Positions 44,720 through 54,716 are shown, numbered from the stretch's first letter. The stretch: 64,000 nucleotides of DNA from Candidatus Omnitrophota bacterium (GCA_016209275.1 JACQWM010000029.1:2692-66691), one strand, 5' to 3'. Numbers and translations: made by a program. Notes: generated by a model from the sequence alone, not told the origin.

Positions 44720-45589
44720 TTAAATTTCCCGCCATTCAATCCACGAATGCAACGCCGAATACGGCAGCACCGGGCCGTTTTTGCAGATGAACATCGGGCC
44801 GAATTGGCAATGGCCGCACGTGCCGATGGCGCATTTCATGTTCCGCTCCATCGAGGCGAAGATGCGATCAACCGTCGCTCCCCGCTTGATCAGTTCGCGG
44901 GCGGAGAAACGCATCATGACTTCCGGCCCGCACATCATCGCCATGGTGTTGGACGGGTCGAACGTGGCGCGATGGAACAGCGCGGTCACCACGCCCACAT
45001 GCCCGCGCCACTCGGCCGTGGCCCGATCCACGGTGACATGCACCTCCAGATCGAATCGCCCGCGCCACCGTTCCAGCTCTTTGCGGAAGAGCATGTCCTC
45101 GGGGCTGCGCGTGCCGTAGAGCAGCGCAATGCGCCCATAGCGATCGCGATGGGCCATCAGCTCCAGCACCGCCGGCCGCAGCGGGGCCAGCCCGATGCCG
45201 CCGGCGACGATCACGACATCATGGCCTTCGGCTTCGCGCAGCGGCCACGCGCTGCCGAAGGGCCCGCGCACGCCGACCGCGGCCCCTCGCTTTAACCCGC
45301 ACAACGCCTTCGTCACCGCCCCCACGACCCGGGTCGTATGGATGAAATGCTGCGGCTGCCGAGGGCTGCCGCTGATCGAAATCGGGATCTCCCCCACGCC
45401 GAAGACGTACACCATGTTGAACTGCCCCGGCGAAAACGCGCAGGAAGCGGCGCCATCAGACGGCCCCGGCCCGACCCGTGCCGCCCGCCCCGACACGTGG
45501 CGGGCCGGGGGGACGGGCTGCAACGCCAGTGTTGAGGTATCAGCGGTTTCCCGGCGTACCGACTGGACCTTGAACACGCGCGGCACCAT
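44720..45589 (-). CDS. Hydrogenase gamma-type subunit (FAD/NAD(P)-binding oxidoreductase with a C-terminal 2Fe-2[10 protein letters not shown])
   Basis: [20 protein letters not shown], ...[12 protein letters not shown]..., C-terminal Cys cluster. Contains a low-complexity roughly 20-aa insert ([20 protein letters not shown]). Confidence 0.75.
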   Translation of the reverse strand: MVPRVFKVQSVRRETADTSTLALQPVPPARHVSGRAARVGPGPSDGAASCAFSPGQFNMVYVFGVGEIPISISGSPRQPQHFIHTTRVVGAVTKALCGLKRGAAVGVRGPFGSAWPLREAEGHDVVIVAGGIGLAPLRPAVLELMAHRDRYGRIALLYGTRSPEDMLFRKELERWRGRFDLEVHVTVDRATAEWRGHVGVVTALFHRATFDPSNTMAMMCGPEVMMRFSARELIKRGATVDRIFASMERNMKCAIGTCGHCQFGPMFICKNGPVLPYSALHSWIEWREI

Positions 45590-45617
45590 CGGATCCTCGC
45601 GCGTTGCGATCGTGGGA

Positions 45618-46085
45618 TTAGGCGCTACTTGTGTAGACATCCAAGAGTTGCAACCTCGTGGCTTGCAAACGCTGGCCAAGGAGCTGGGTGAAGCGTTTCA
45701 TCAACTCAAAGCCGAGTTTGGGATCGTGCTCGCATTTGCCGCGCAGACAGGTGGCGTCGAAGGCCAGCGCTCGCGTCAACTCAACTGCCCGGGCGTCAAA
45801 CTGCTTGGTGTGCGGCGGGACGATCCACGACCAGCCAAGGACATCACCATCATCCAACGTTTCGATGGTAATCGCGACGCGGCCAGGCACGGCGATCTCA
45901 AGCGCAACCTTCCCTTGGCGAATCGCGAAGAATCGATTCGCTTGATCGCCTTCGCGAAACAGGTATTGTCCCGGCTGAAACACGACGTTCGACGCGCAGC
46001 CGGCCAGCAAATGCAGATACGCCTGGTCCAACTCTTTGAAAAACGGATGTGCGGCGAGAAAGGCGTCAAGCGGTTGTTCCTGCAT
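45618..46085 (-). CDS. Standalone cyclic-nucleotide-binding (cNMP/Crp-type effector) domain protein
   Basis: ...[22 protein letters not shown]...GDVLGWS...[15 protein letters not shown]..., a beta-roll cNMP fold pattern with no HTH. Confidence 0.6.
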   Translation of the reverse strand: MQEQPLDAFLAAHPFFKELDQAYLHLLAGCASNVVFQPGQYLFREGDQANRFFAIRQGKVALEIAVPGRVAITIETLDDGDVLGWSWIVPPHTKQFDARAVELTRALAFDATCLRGKCEHDPKLGFELMKRFTQLLGQRLQATRLQLLDVYTSSA

Positions 46086-47217
46086 GGCCGGTGTCCTCCT
46101 GTGAATTGGCGCGAAGCGCTTTGACTTCTTCGGTCAGGTCGATGCCCACCGGGCACCAGGTGATGCACCGGCCGCAGCCGACACAGCCTGACGTGCCGAA
46201 CTGATCGATCCACGTCGCGAGCTTATGCGTCAGCCATTGGCGGTAGCGGGAGCGGATCGATGAGCGCACGCTGCCGCCGTGGAGATAGGAAAAATCCGCG
46301 GTGAAGCACGAATCCCACTTGCGCACGCGCTCGGCCTGCTTGCCGGAGAGATCCGAGACATCCTCCACCGTCGTGCAAAAGCAGGTCGGGCAGACCATCG
46401 TGCAGTTCGCGCAAGCCAGGCAGCGCGAGGCGACATCATCCCATCGCGGGTGCTCATAATTTTTATAGAAGAGCTCTTTCATGCCGGTGGTATCCATCTG
46501 CCGCCCCATCTGCTTGGCGGCCTGCTCAGAGCCGCGCTGAGCCTGGGCCAGGTCCTCGGCGCTGGCGGCTGGGAGGGCGAGCTCGCGCACCAACTCTTCT
46601 CCGCGCGGACTGCCGACCTCGAGTACAAAATAGTGCTGGTCTGTGGTGAGAATTTCCGTCAGGGCGAGATCAAAGCCTGTGGTGGCTTTGGGGCCGGTCT
46701 TCATTGAGACGCAAAAACACGTCCCGCCGGCCTGGGTGCAGTTGACGGCGATGATGAAGAGCTGCTCGCGGCGCGCGGCATAGACCGGATCGACCGCCGG
46801 CCCTTGGAGAAACACCCGATCCTGCACCGCAATGGCTGCGATTTCGCAGGCGCGCACGCCGAGGAGCGCTTGGCGCGGAGCCTCCGGGGGTTCAGGAATC
46901 ACGCGAAAGCCGTCAGGCTCGCTCACTGCGCTCCAGAGCCGATGGACCGGCGGCAGCAAAAATTTCTTCCAGCTCTGCGGCCCGACGACAAAACCGAACA
47001 CCGCCTGGTCATGGCGGCGTTTGAGGCGATACGTCCCGGCCTCCTGCTCTTCGGTCCAGCCGATGGGCAGCTCATCCACCGAGGAGAGCCGGTCATAGAC
47101 GATGGCGCTCTCGCGCACGGTGGGGCCGATAATCTGGTAGCCGCGGCGCGTTAAGGCATCGAATAATCGCGGCAGGTCGGTCCGACTGAGGGCTGCCGTA
47201 GCGGGTTGAGAAGGCAT
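46066..47217 (-). CDS. Hydrogenase beta-type Fe-S subunit (sulfhydrogenase HydB-like)
   Basis: [16 protein letters not shown] and [12 protein letters not shown] 4Fe-4S motifs; 383 aa. Confidence 0.75.
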   Translation of the reverse strand: MPSQPATAALSRTDLPRLFDALTRRGYQIIGPTVRESAIVYDRLSSVDELPIGWTEEQEAGTYRLKRRHDQAVFGFVVGPQSWKKFLLPPVHRLWSAVSEPDGFRVIPEPPEAPRQALLGVRACEIAAIAVQDRVFLQGPAVDPVYAARREQLFIIAVNCTQAGGTCFCVSMKTGPKATTGFDLALTEILTTDQHYFVLEVGSPRGEELVRELALPAASAEDLAQAQRGSEQAAKQMGRQMDTTGMKELFYKNYEHPRWDDVASRCLACANCTMVCPTCFCTTVEDVSDLSGKQAERVRKWDSCFTADFSYLHGGSVRSSIRSRYRQWLTHKLATWIDQFGTSGCVGCGRCITWCPVGIDLTEEVKALRANSQEDTGHAGTTA

Positions 47218-47247
47218 GGGGGTTCGCCTGTTCGCGCTCGACTCACC

Positions 47248-47973
47248 TCAGCTGCCGAACGTAAAATCCGCGGTAGACGACTGGCCGGCCTGCACCGTGA
47301 TCGGTGCCTGCCGAGTGCCGAGCTTCTCGTGCCAGGCTTCGAGCGTGTAGGTGCCTGGCGGCAGATCCTTGATGGTGAATGCGCCGTCATCGCCGGTGAC
47401 GGCGAAGAACGGATGGGCAAGCACGTGCAGGTAGGCGACCATCCAATAGTGCACGTCGCATTTCAGCGGAATGCCGATTTCTTGCTGCTGCATCACCTTC
47501 GTGGTCTTCATGCCCTTCGTCGGCTGGGCGATGTTGAACCGCTGGCCGAGCTTGGATTGCGCGCGCACGTTGTGCAGCACATCGTCGTTGTTGATCACTT
47601 CGATCGGCTGGCCGGCCATGGCGGCCGCCACGTGCGGGAGGAACACGCAGCCAGTCTGCGCATAGGTCACCGGGGTCGCCGGCGGCGCGTACGTGCCGGG
47701 CACGGTGCTAGTGACGTAGACCAACACGTTCTTCAAGGTGCCGTTGCCATTGACGACGATTTCTTCGCCCATCGGCATCTGGTCTCCATGCGCGATCGCG
47801 CACTGCTTTTCCGCGCCGAAGTTCAGCGGCTTACGGGTCGGCGGCGTCCCCGCAAACGCCACGTTGCCGCTGACCGTGGCCCCGTCAGCCGCCCAGACCA
47901 TCGGTCCTCGAGCCCCTGCCAGCAGCGCGGTGATGAGCATGATCATCCACCATCGTCCCTGCGTGCGTGTCAT
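47248..47973 (-). CDS. Periplasmic protein of unknown function (signal peptide; possible metal-binding beta-sandwich) co-translated with nosL
   Basis: MTRTQGRWWMIMLITALLAGARGPMVWA signal. Cys/His scattered (CAIAHGD, HNVRA, CDVHYWMVAYLHV), C-terminal GTYTLEAWHEKLG. ATGA overlap with nosL and RBS GGAGGAG. Confidence 0.5.
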   Translation of the reverse strand: MTRTQGRWWMIMLITALLAGARGPMVWAADGATVSGNVAFAGTPPTRKPLNFGAEKQCAIAHGDQMPMGEEIVVNGNGTLKNVLVYVTSTVPGTYAPPATPVTYAQTGCVFLPHVAAAMAGQPIEVINNDDVLHNVRAQSKLGQRFNIAQPTKGMKTTKVMQQQEIGIPLKCDVHYWMVAYLHVLAHPFFAVTGDDGAFTIKDLPPGTYTLEAWHEKLGTRQAPITVQAGQSSTADFTFGS

Positions 47974-48425
47974 CGCTTCTCCTCCTTGTGTGCGTTGAGC
48001 AGCTCCTGAAAGGTCCGGACGCGTCCATGGGTGGCCGAGGCGAGTTGTTGCGCCTCCTCGAGGGTCGAGAGCGCGACGATCCCTCCACCCATGGGTGTCG
48101 CCATCTCTCGACTCTCGACGAAGACCGCGGCGTGCGCCGGCAGCCACTGCTGCGCCTGATACGCATGCACCCAGATGCGCATCGGGATCTGCTGACGCTG
48201 CGGCAGGCCGCGCGTCAGGCAGCCGATGTCGTCAAAGTGCGCTCTGGTCCCGTCAGCCAGCGTCACTGAGGCTGAAAACCTCGCTTCGCTGATGATCATG
48301 TGGCATGTGGCGCACGCATCCTCTCCAATACGAATGCGCGGGGGCGCATCGAGCGCGGGGCCCCCGCAGCCGAGTACCATGACGCTCAGCCCCGCAGCAA
48401 TCGACCGCGCCGCAGCGCCGCTCAT
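47970..48425 (-). CDS. nosL: NosL copper-chaperone lipoprotein
   Basis: Lipobox LGCGG; ...GEDACATCHMII...FDDIGC. ATGA overlap with the nosY stop. Confidence 0.75.
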   Translation of the reverse strand: MSGAAARSIAAGLSVMVLGCGGPALDAPPRIRIGEDACATCHMIISEARFSASVTLADGTRAHFDDIGCLTRGLPQRQQIPMRIWVHAYQAQQWLPAHAAVFVESREMATPMGGGIVALSTLEEAQQLASATHGRVRTFQELLNAHKEEKR

Positions 48426-49258
48426 AAGGCGCCTCGACGCTGAAAGCCTGCCCATGCCAGGCCGACGGTCAACGCCATCCACCCGCAAAGCAGACTGATG
48501 AGCAGCGGCAGCAGCCATCCCCCCAGCACCGAGGCGGCGTAGAGCCCTGAGGATCCTAATCCCTCCAGATGGCCTTGCAGCGCTTGCGTCGCCGCCAGCT
48601 TGAAGACCTGTGCTGGGTTGCCGAGTGAGAGCCATAAGAGTTGCCCGGCACTCAGGCGCAGCACGATCGCCGTGCCCATCATCCCAAGATCGCTCAGCAG
48701 CACAACGCCCAGCCACACCACGATCGCCAGGCTCATCGCCGTGTTGGTGCGCCCGGTGAGCACGGAGATCAGCAGACCTAACCCAAGGTGAACGCACCCC
48801 AACAGCAGGGTCAGGCTGATCACGGCCAGATACGCGCCCATCTCGCTAAGGCCCGCGGCACGCGCGATCAACACCCCGCTCACACTGCATCCGAGCAGCA
48901 CCACCGCGCCGAGGGCTGCGGCCGCACCAAAAAATTTTCCCAGCAGCACCTCGCCGATCGTCACCGGCTGGGCTAGCAGCGTCAACAAGGTGCCGCGCTC
49001 GCGCTCACCGGCCACGCTGACGGCGCCGATCAGTAGCCCCATCAGCGGCACAATCAGCACGATCAGATTGACCAGGCTCGCCGCCGTGCGGCCGAACCCG
49101 GCGATGCCTAACCCGCCCAGCCCGGAAAGGCCCAACCCGCTGAGGCCCAACGAGAGGACGGTAAACAACGCCGTAAACAGCGCAAACCACCGATGCCGGC
49201 GCGCTTCCCGCAGCTCCTTGCGCATGATGATGAACACCGTCGATGCATCCATGACCAC
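48422..49258 (-). CDS. nosY: ABC-2 type permease NosY
   Basis: 278 aa, 6 TM; follows nosF. Confidence 0.75.
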   Translation of the reverse strand: MVMDASTVFIIMRKELREARRHRWFALFTALFTVLSLGLSGLGLSGLGGLGIAGFGRTAASLVNLIVLIVPLMGLLIGAVSVAGERERGTLLTLLAQPVTIGEVLLGKFFGAAAALGAVVLLGCSVSGVLIARAAGLSEMGAYLAVISLTLLLGCVHLGLGLLISVLTGRTNTAMSLAIVVWLGVVLLSDLGMMGTAIVLRLSAGQLLWLSLGNPAQVFKLAATQALQGHLEGLGSSGLYAASVLGGWLLPLLISLLCGWMALTVGLAWAGFQRRGAL

Positions 49259-49267
49259 ATCCTTGAA

Positions 49268-50095
49268 TTAGCTTCGCTGGGCTTGGCCGGATTCGATCTC
49301 AATATCCAGCACGTGGACATCAAGACCCTGGCGCTTCAGCGCGTCGACCGCTGCGGCGTGTTGCTCAGGCGGCACCATGATGCCCAGCAGCGCTTCGCGG
49401 TTGATGGCGCCGCGCACTTCCTCCGGTGTGCCGCAGCGCACCGCCCGCCCGCGCTCCAGCACGATCACGCGGTCTGCCAGCTTCATCGCTTCGCTCATGC
49501 GATGGGAGCACAGCACTAAGGTTTTGCCTTCGCCCTGCAAGCGCTTTAGCAGCGCGGTGAACTCTCCGCGGCTGCGCACATCCAGGTGGCTCGTCGGCTC
49601 ATCCAGCAGCAAGATCGGCGGATCAGACAACAGCGCGATCGCCACGGCGAGCTTCTGCTTCATCCCGCCTGAGAGCGTGCGCACGAGCTGCCGTGCTGCG
49701 CCGCCCAACTGCCACGCGTGCAGCACATCCGTCGCGCGCGAGGCGGGCACTCGGCGCAGCTGCGCATACAGCATCGCGGCTTCCCAGACGGTGGCATCCC
49801 CTGGCAGCCCGAGCTCCTGCGGCACGTAGCCCAGCATCCATCGCACGGCCTTGCCCTCGCGCGCCGCGTCATGGCCGAAGACGCGAATCGATCCCTCAAA
49901 CGGCAGCACGCCCAGCACGCAGCGCAGCACGGTGGTCTTGCCCGCCCCGTTGGCGCCCCAAAGCACGACAGTCTCGCCGCGCGCCACCTCGAAACTGAGC
50001 TGATCCACCGCCGGCTGCGCGCCGAACCGTTTCGTCAATCGCTCAACACGGATGGCGGCCGCCGGTGCTGCGGCGGGTGAGTCGGTAGTGCTCAT
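49268..50095 (-). CDS. nosF: ABC transporter ATPase NosF
   Basis: Walker A GANGAGKTT, signature LSGGMKQK, Walker B LLLDEPT. Confidence 0.85.
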   Translation of the reverse strand: MSTTDSPAAAPAAAIRVERLTKRFGAQPAVDQLSFEVARGETVVLWGANGAGKTTVLRCVLGVLPFEGSIRVFGHDAAREGKAVRWMLGYVPQELGLPGDATVWEAAMLYAQLRRVPASRATDVLHAWQLGGAARQLVRTLSGGMKQKLAVAIALLSDPPILLLDEPTSHLDVRSRGEFTALLKRLQGEGKTLVLCSHRMSEAMKLADRVIVLERGRAVRCGTPEEVRGAINREALLGIMVPPEQHAAAVDALKRQGLDVHVLDIEIESGQAQRS

Positions 50096-51933
50096 GGGGC
50101 GGGCGCCGCCGGCATCGGGCGCATGCGCGGATGCAGGTCGGCCAGCATCGGGCGCGGCGCAAAAATCGGAAACAGAGCCGCGGCCGCGTCGATCGCGGTC
50201 GCCGCCGGGCTGCCGGCATAGAGCCGCAAGGCCGGGTGCGCATCGGCCAGCCGCTCAAAGAGCCGCAGATGACGGTACGGCACGTCGCCGATCCCGTCGC
50301 CGTCGGCATCAAAGCCGCGGTAATCGCTCCAGAAATTTCCGTCCCAGCGATTCAGCGCTGCGTCGGATTCCCCGTCGACCGAGACCTGCTCGCCGTTGTC
50401 CATGAAGCTGTTGCCGGAAAATCCGCTGGCGACCCCGGAGGGAACCAGCCGCAGGCCGATGTCGTTCGCCCCGATCACATTACGCGTAAACTGTACAGCG
50501 GCATGCTCCAGAAACACCCCGACGCGGTTGTCGGCGATGAGATTGCGGTCGATCCGCGTGTCCTCCATGTCTTTCAGGCCGAGCCCGAATCCTGAGGGGC
50601 CGCGGTTGCGCGTGATCCGATTATCGGACAGCCGCAGCCCGCGGCTGTACATCAGATAGACGCCGACCGAGTTGTCTTCCAAGCGATTCTGCCGCACGTC
50701 GGCGTCGTTGCAATACATGAAATGCAAGCCGTAGCGGCCGCGGCGCACGTTGTTGCGCAGCACTCGAATCCGCCGGGAATACCACAGCACCAAATCCCGC
50801 CCGCCGTCAATGCGATTGTCGGCGATGGTCACGTCATCGCTGTACCAGGTCTTGATGAGATCCCCGCGCCGTGCCACCGCCAGCCGATGGCTGCGCAGCT
50901 GGTTGCGGCGGATGACCGCGCCGGGCGCTCGGCGCAGCGAAATGCCGAAGAGCACGTCATCGAGCTGATTGTCTTCCACCACCGCCTCCGGCGCCCTCAC
51001 CAGGATGCCGGTATCGCCCTGTGCGAGCAGATCGCCGCTGCGGCGGATGGTAAATCCGCTGAGGCGGATCTTGGGAGCGGCCAACTCCACCACCGTGCCA
51101 GCGCCACCGCCGTCGATCACCGGCTGGTGACGGCCGATCAACGTCACCGAACGCTGCACGATCACCGGGCCGGCGTGCACGCCGCCCTCGACCACAATCG
51201 TGTCGCCATCCTCGGCAGCGTCCAGCGCTGCCGCAAGTGTTGGCGCGCTGGAAGCCGACACCGTCAGCGTCTTGGCCCAGGCCTCGGAGCCGCCCAGGAT
51301 CAGGGCAAGACTTACGCCGGCGGAGATCATCGTGCGCCGCGAGCTCCCGCCGCGCGCCCAGGTCAGCCACAACGCCGCCAGGACCAACCCGGCAGCGCCC
51401 GCGGCCAGCCAAAACCCGAGGTCGAACCCGGCGGATGAGTGGAATTGCGCGATCGTGCCTTCACCGACGATCTTCGGGACGAACGGCTTGACGGCGCGGT
51501 TCAGCGGCGCTTTCGGATCAAGATTCAATCCGTAGTCGCGCATCCAGAGGAGCAAATCCGCCGCGAAGACCGGGGGCAGCAGCAGGGTGGGCAGCGCGCC
51601 AAGCCTTCCCCACCGGCGGCGAACGGCGGCCGCCAGCAGCAGCCCGAGCACCGCAAGGATCAGCCCTGGGATGGCGATGGCTCGCTCCACTTTCGCGCCA
51701 TGGGCGAGCGCTCGCATGCCGATATAGTGGTTAAGCGAATCGATTTCCCGGACATCGCCTTCGAGCCGATTGACATAGATAATGAGATGGAGGCCTTTGG
51801 GATACTGGGGGGCGGACACGCGCATCCGCCAGTAGGGATGAAAGGCGGAGGCGATGAGCAGCGCTGCAGCGAGCAGAAACACACCGCGACCCCATCCCCC
51901 AGCGCGCGGGATGGGGCGCTGATCAATCGGCAT
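50092..51933 (-). CDS. nosD: NosD periplasmic beta-helix protein fused in-frame to a roughly 200-aa N-terminal polytopic membrane domain
   Basis: Residues about 202-613: signal-like MISAGVSLALILGG, then a right-handed beta-helix repeat pattern (NRIDGG..., NNVRRG..., NRLEDN..., NRITRN..., NLIADN...). Residues 1-200 hold about 4 TM with no stop between them. Confidence 0.65.
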   Translation of the reverse strand: MPIDQRPIPRAGGWGRGVFLLAAALLIASAFHPYWRMRVSAPQYPKGLHLIIYVNRLEGDVREIDSLNHYIGMRALAHGAKVERAIAIPGLILAVLGLLLAAAVRRRWGRLGALPTLLLPPVFAADLLLWMRDYGLNLDPKAPLNRAVKPFVPKIVGEGTIAQFHSSAGFDLGFWLAAGAAGLVLAALWLTWARGGSSRRTMISAGVSLALILGGSEAWAKTLTVSASSAPTLAAALDAAEDGDTIVVEGGVHAGPVIVQRSVTLIGRHQPVIDGGGAGTVVELAAPKIRLSGFTIRRSGDLLAQGDTGILVRAPEAVVEDNQLDDVLFGISLRRAPGAVIRRNQLRSHRLAVARRGDLIKTWYSDDVTIADNRIDGGRDLVLWYSRRIRVLRNNVRRGRYGLHFMYCNDADVRQNRLEDNSVGVYLMYSRGLRLSDNRITRNRGPSGFGLGLKDMEDTRIDRNLIADNRVGVFLEHAAVQFTRNVIGANDIGLRLVPSGVASGFSGNSFMDNGEQVSVDGESDAALNRWDGNFWSDYRGFDADGDGIGDVPYRHLRLFERLADAHPALRLYAGSPAATAIDAAAALFPIFAPRPMLADLHPRMRPMPAAPAP

Positions 51934-51962
51934 GGCGCCTCACGCGAACCGGATGGCGAGTA

Positions 51963-54056
51963 TCAGGAACTTGGCGCGGCGGAGGACTCGGCGGCAACCT
52001 CGGCCTCTGGGGGTTTCACGAGGAAGTAGCCGGCCATTTCCAGGTGAAGCGCCGAGCAGAACTCCAAGCAGTAAAAAGGAAAGACCCCTTCTTTGGCGGC
52101 GATGAACTCCACCGTCGCGGTCTCGCCAGGCTCGATGCTGGCCGCGATATTATACCCCGGCACCGTGAAGCCGTGCGTGGCATCGCGCGTCCGCTCCAAA
52201 TTCGTGATATGCCAAATCACGTGCTGGCCCTTGGTCACCTCGACATGCTCCGGATCAAAATGGCTGCGGATCGAGGCGGTGTAGACCTCGACGGTGTCGC
52301 CGTGGCGCTCGATCTTGCCTTCCAGCGACGCGTCCGCGCTCTTGGCCTGCTCCAGCGGATTCCAGCCGACCTCAGGATACACCTCCCAGGCTTTCAGCTT
52401 ATCCGCCTTGATGATCTGGGCATAGTGCGGCTCGCCCATCCCGATGGGCATGTCATACAGCACCTGCATAGTATCGCCGGACTTCGACACATCGACGAGC
52501 TGCAGGTTTTGGGGCAGCAGCGGCCCCACGTTGAGAAATCGGTCGACCGACCATTTGTTCAGCGAGACGAGATACTTGCCGTCCGGACTGACCGTGTCGC
52601 CCTCGGCCGCGGCGATGTGCCCCACGTTAAAGTGCACCGGGACTTTGCTCACCAGGCTCCACGGTTTCTCCGGCGCTGTGTACTTGCAGTCGCCCATGGT
52701 CCAACGAGCCACGGCGCTCTCCAGAAAGAGGCTCGTGTACGCATAGCCCTGGTTGTCGAACTGCGTGTGCAAGGGCCCCAAGCCCAGCTCCACCTGGGCT
52801 TCCTTCACCGAATCGAATCGGATGATCGGCACCCCGTAGGAGTCTTTGCCTTCGAAATCTTGCTTGGCGATGGCGTCTTGAATCTTGTTGAAGTTGTAGA
52901 TCGTCACGTGCGGATCGAGCTTGCCGGCGACGACGATGTGCGTCCCCTCAGGGCAGATATCGACCCCGTGAGGGCTTTTCGGCTCGGGGATGAAATACAG
53001 CAGCCCTTCCGCAATCGCCACCGGCAGGCGGATCACCTTGAAGCCGTTGATCATGTCGACCTTGCCCGCGGCGACGACCTGTGCGGCTTTCTTCCAATTG
53101 ATCACGTGCATGTAGTCCATGTCGCGCTCGGAGGCCCCGGCTTCAAACGGCGGATTGCCGCTTTCCACACCGCCGGTCGCCATCTCGGTGTTGAACGAGT
53201 TGAAAAACACCCAGCCGTCGCTGACCAGCTTGCCGGCATCGGCCAGATCCTGCCAATACGGCGGCAGCTCGATAGCGAAGGATTCATCGACCATGATGCG
53301 CCCTTTGTCGCGGTTGAATTTCCAGAAGGCGGCGAAGCCGCGGTACTCCTGCTGGTATTGGCTGATCGGCGCGTACTTGCCGCCGAGGGGGGCAGCGTAT
53401 TGGGAGGATTCGAACACGTAGTCGGTGTTGGGGGTCACGAACGCGGCGCCATGGTTGTTGACGAACACGGGGTTGGCGACGATTTGCTTCGTCTCGAAAT
53501 CGCGCAGGTCGATCACCCCCATGCGGCCGTTGGCCTTATCTCCGATAAAGAGGTACTGGCCGTCATACTCGCCGTTGGTTTCGCTCAAGCCCGGATGATG
53601 CGTATCGGCCCATCGCAGCGGCGGAAGCCCGGCGCGGCTGTCATCGGCCCCATGGCCCATCGGGCTTTCTTTGACCCCATAGCCATAGCCCTGCCACGGC
53701 TCCGGCGTAAAGACGGCGATGGTGCGCAACAGCCGCATCGAGGGCAGCCCGATCGCGAACATCTGGCCGCTGTGGCCGCCGGAGGCGAACATCACATACT
53801 CATCTAGCTTGCCCGTCGGCATGAACGTGGCGACCGCGGCGGAGACATCGGCCGGGCTTAAGCCCCGCTCCTTGACGATGTCCATCGCGTCCTGCGGCAA
53901 TCGGGCTGCCTGGATGGACGGCTGGCCGCCGCCGCCAGGAGCCGATGTCGTGGATTGGAGCGTCGCCTTGTGGTTGGCCGAGCCCTGCCATAACCCGATC
54001 ACAAGACCAACCGCAAGACCAGCGCTTAAGATAATCCACAGCCGAGACGAACGCAT
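51963..54056 (-). CDS. nosZ: Nitrous-oxide reductase, Sec-type (clade II-like) NosZ
   Basis: 697 aa. N-terminus MRSSRLWIILSAGLAVGLVIGL with no twin-arginine. C-terminal CuA domain ...HGFTVPGYNIAASIEPGETATVEF...FYCLEFCSALHLEMAGYF. Confidence 0.85.
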   Translation of the reverse strand: MRSSRLWIILSAGLAVGLVIGLWQGSANHKATLQSTTSAPGGGGQPSIQAARLPQDAMDIVKERGLSPADVSAAVATFMPTGKLDEYVMFASGGHSGQMFAIGLPSMRLLRTIAVFTPEPWQGYGYGVKESPMGHGADDSRAGLPPLRWADTHHPGLSETNGEYDGQYLFIGDKANGRMGVIDLRDFETKQIVANPVFVNNHGAAFVTPNTDYVFESSQYAAPLGGKYAPISQYQQEYRGFAAFWKFNRDKGRIMVDESFAIELPPYWQDLADAGKLVSDGWVFFNSFNTEMATGGVESGNPPFEAGASERDMDYMHVINWKKAAQVVAAGKVDMINGFKVIRLPVAIAEGLLYFIPEPKSPHGVDICPEGTHIVVAGKLDPHVTIYNFNKIQDAIAKQDFEGKDSYGVPIIRFDSVKEAQVELGLGPLHTQFDNQGYAYTSLFLESAVARWTMGDCKYTAPEKPWSLVSKVPVHFNVGHIAAAEGDTVSPDGKYLVSLNKWSVDRFLNVGPLLPQNLQLVDVSKSGDTMQVLYDMPIGMGEPHYAQIIKADKLKAWEVYPEVGWNPLEQAKSADASLEGKIERHGDTVEVYTASIRSHFDPEHVEVTKGQHVIWHITNLERTRDATHGFTVPGYNIAASIEPGETATVEFIAAKEGVFPFYCLEFCSALHLEMAGYFLVKPPEAEVAAESSAAPSS

Positions 54057-54113
54057 CCTATTCTCCCTCGGTTAAGCGTACGAGCCTGCCTGTCCGTTAA
54101 GCTGGCGGAGACG

Positions 54114-54716
54114 TTACCAACGGCGCGACTTCTTCTTGTCCTTCACCTTGGCAGGCTGGGTGGCAACCGGCTGCTGCTCGCTTGCCGCGGCAGGCGGCGC
54201 TTCGATCGCCGGCGCTTCGATGATCGCCGGCGCTTCGGGCTCTGTTGCCGCAACCGGGGCAGGTTCAGGGACGGGGATAGCCGCGCTCTCCGGCTGTTGC
54301 GGCTCGGTTGATGACGTCACCGGCGGCTCTTGAACTTGGGCCGGTGCCGGCTCTGCACCCGGTTTTGAGGCCGGATCGCCGGGGTTGGTGCCGGCCTTCA
54401 GCTCATCGCCGTTGTAGACGCCGTCGCCGTCGTCGTCGTATTCCTCCATCCGCTTGAAATGCTCCGGGGTCATCGCCTTGATTGAAACAGCCGCCATGAA
54501 TTTTTGCATCGCGCGGCCGTAATAATTCAGATTCTTCGCGCTGCCGGCCGCGGATTCATGGCAGGTCTTGCAGGAAAACTCCGACGCCTTGGCTGGATAC
54601 GATTTCTTCAAGCTCTGCAGCTCTTGCGGCGAAGCCCAGACCGCCGCCGCGGTGGCGGCCATGACACTCCCGATGATCAGCCCGATGAGAAGATGACGCC
54701 GCTGCGCATGATGCAT
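54114..54716 (-). CDS. Monohaem c-type cytochrome with an EF-hand-like DDDGDGVYNGDE loop and a long Pro/Ala/Glu-rich tail ending KVKDKKKSRRW
   Basis: CKTCHE haem motif. RBS GGAGGAGG 6 nt upstream of ATG 54714-54716. First gene of the nos transcription unit. Confidence 0.7.
   Translation of the reverse strand: MHHAQRRHLLIGLIIGSVMAATAAAVWASPQELQSLKKSYPAKASEFSCKTCHESAAGSAKNLNYYGRAMQKFMAAVSIKAMTPEHFKRMEEYDDDGDGVYNGDELKAGTNPGDPASKPGAEPAPAQVQEPPVTSSTEPQQPESAAIPVPEPAPVAATEPEAPAIIEAPAIEAPPAAASEQQPVATQPAKVKDKKKSRRW

Noticed and set aside
51963-54056. Tat-dependent (clade I) NosZ
   Set aside because: The N-terminus MRSSRLWIILSAGLAVGL has no RRxF twin-arginine motif, and a c-type cytochrome gene precedes nosZ without nosR. 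This is more consistent with Sec-type clade II.
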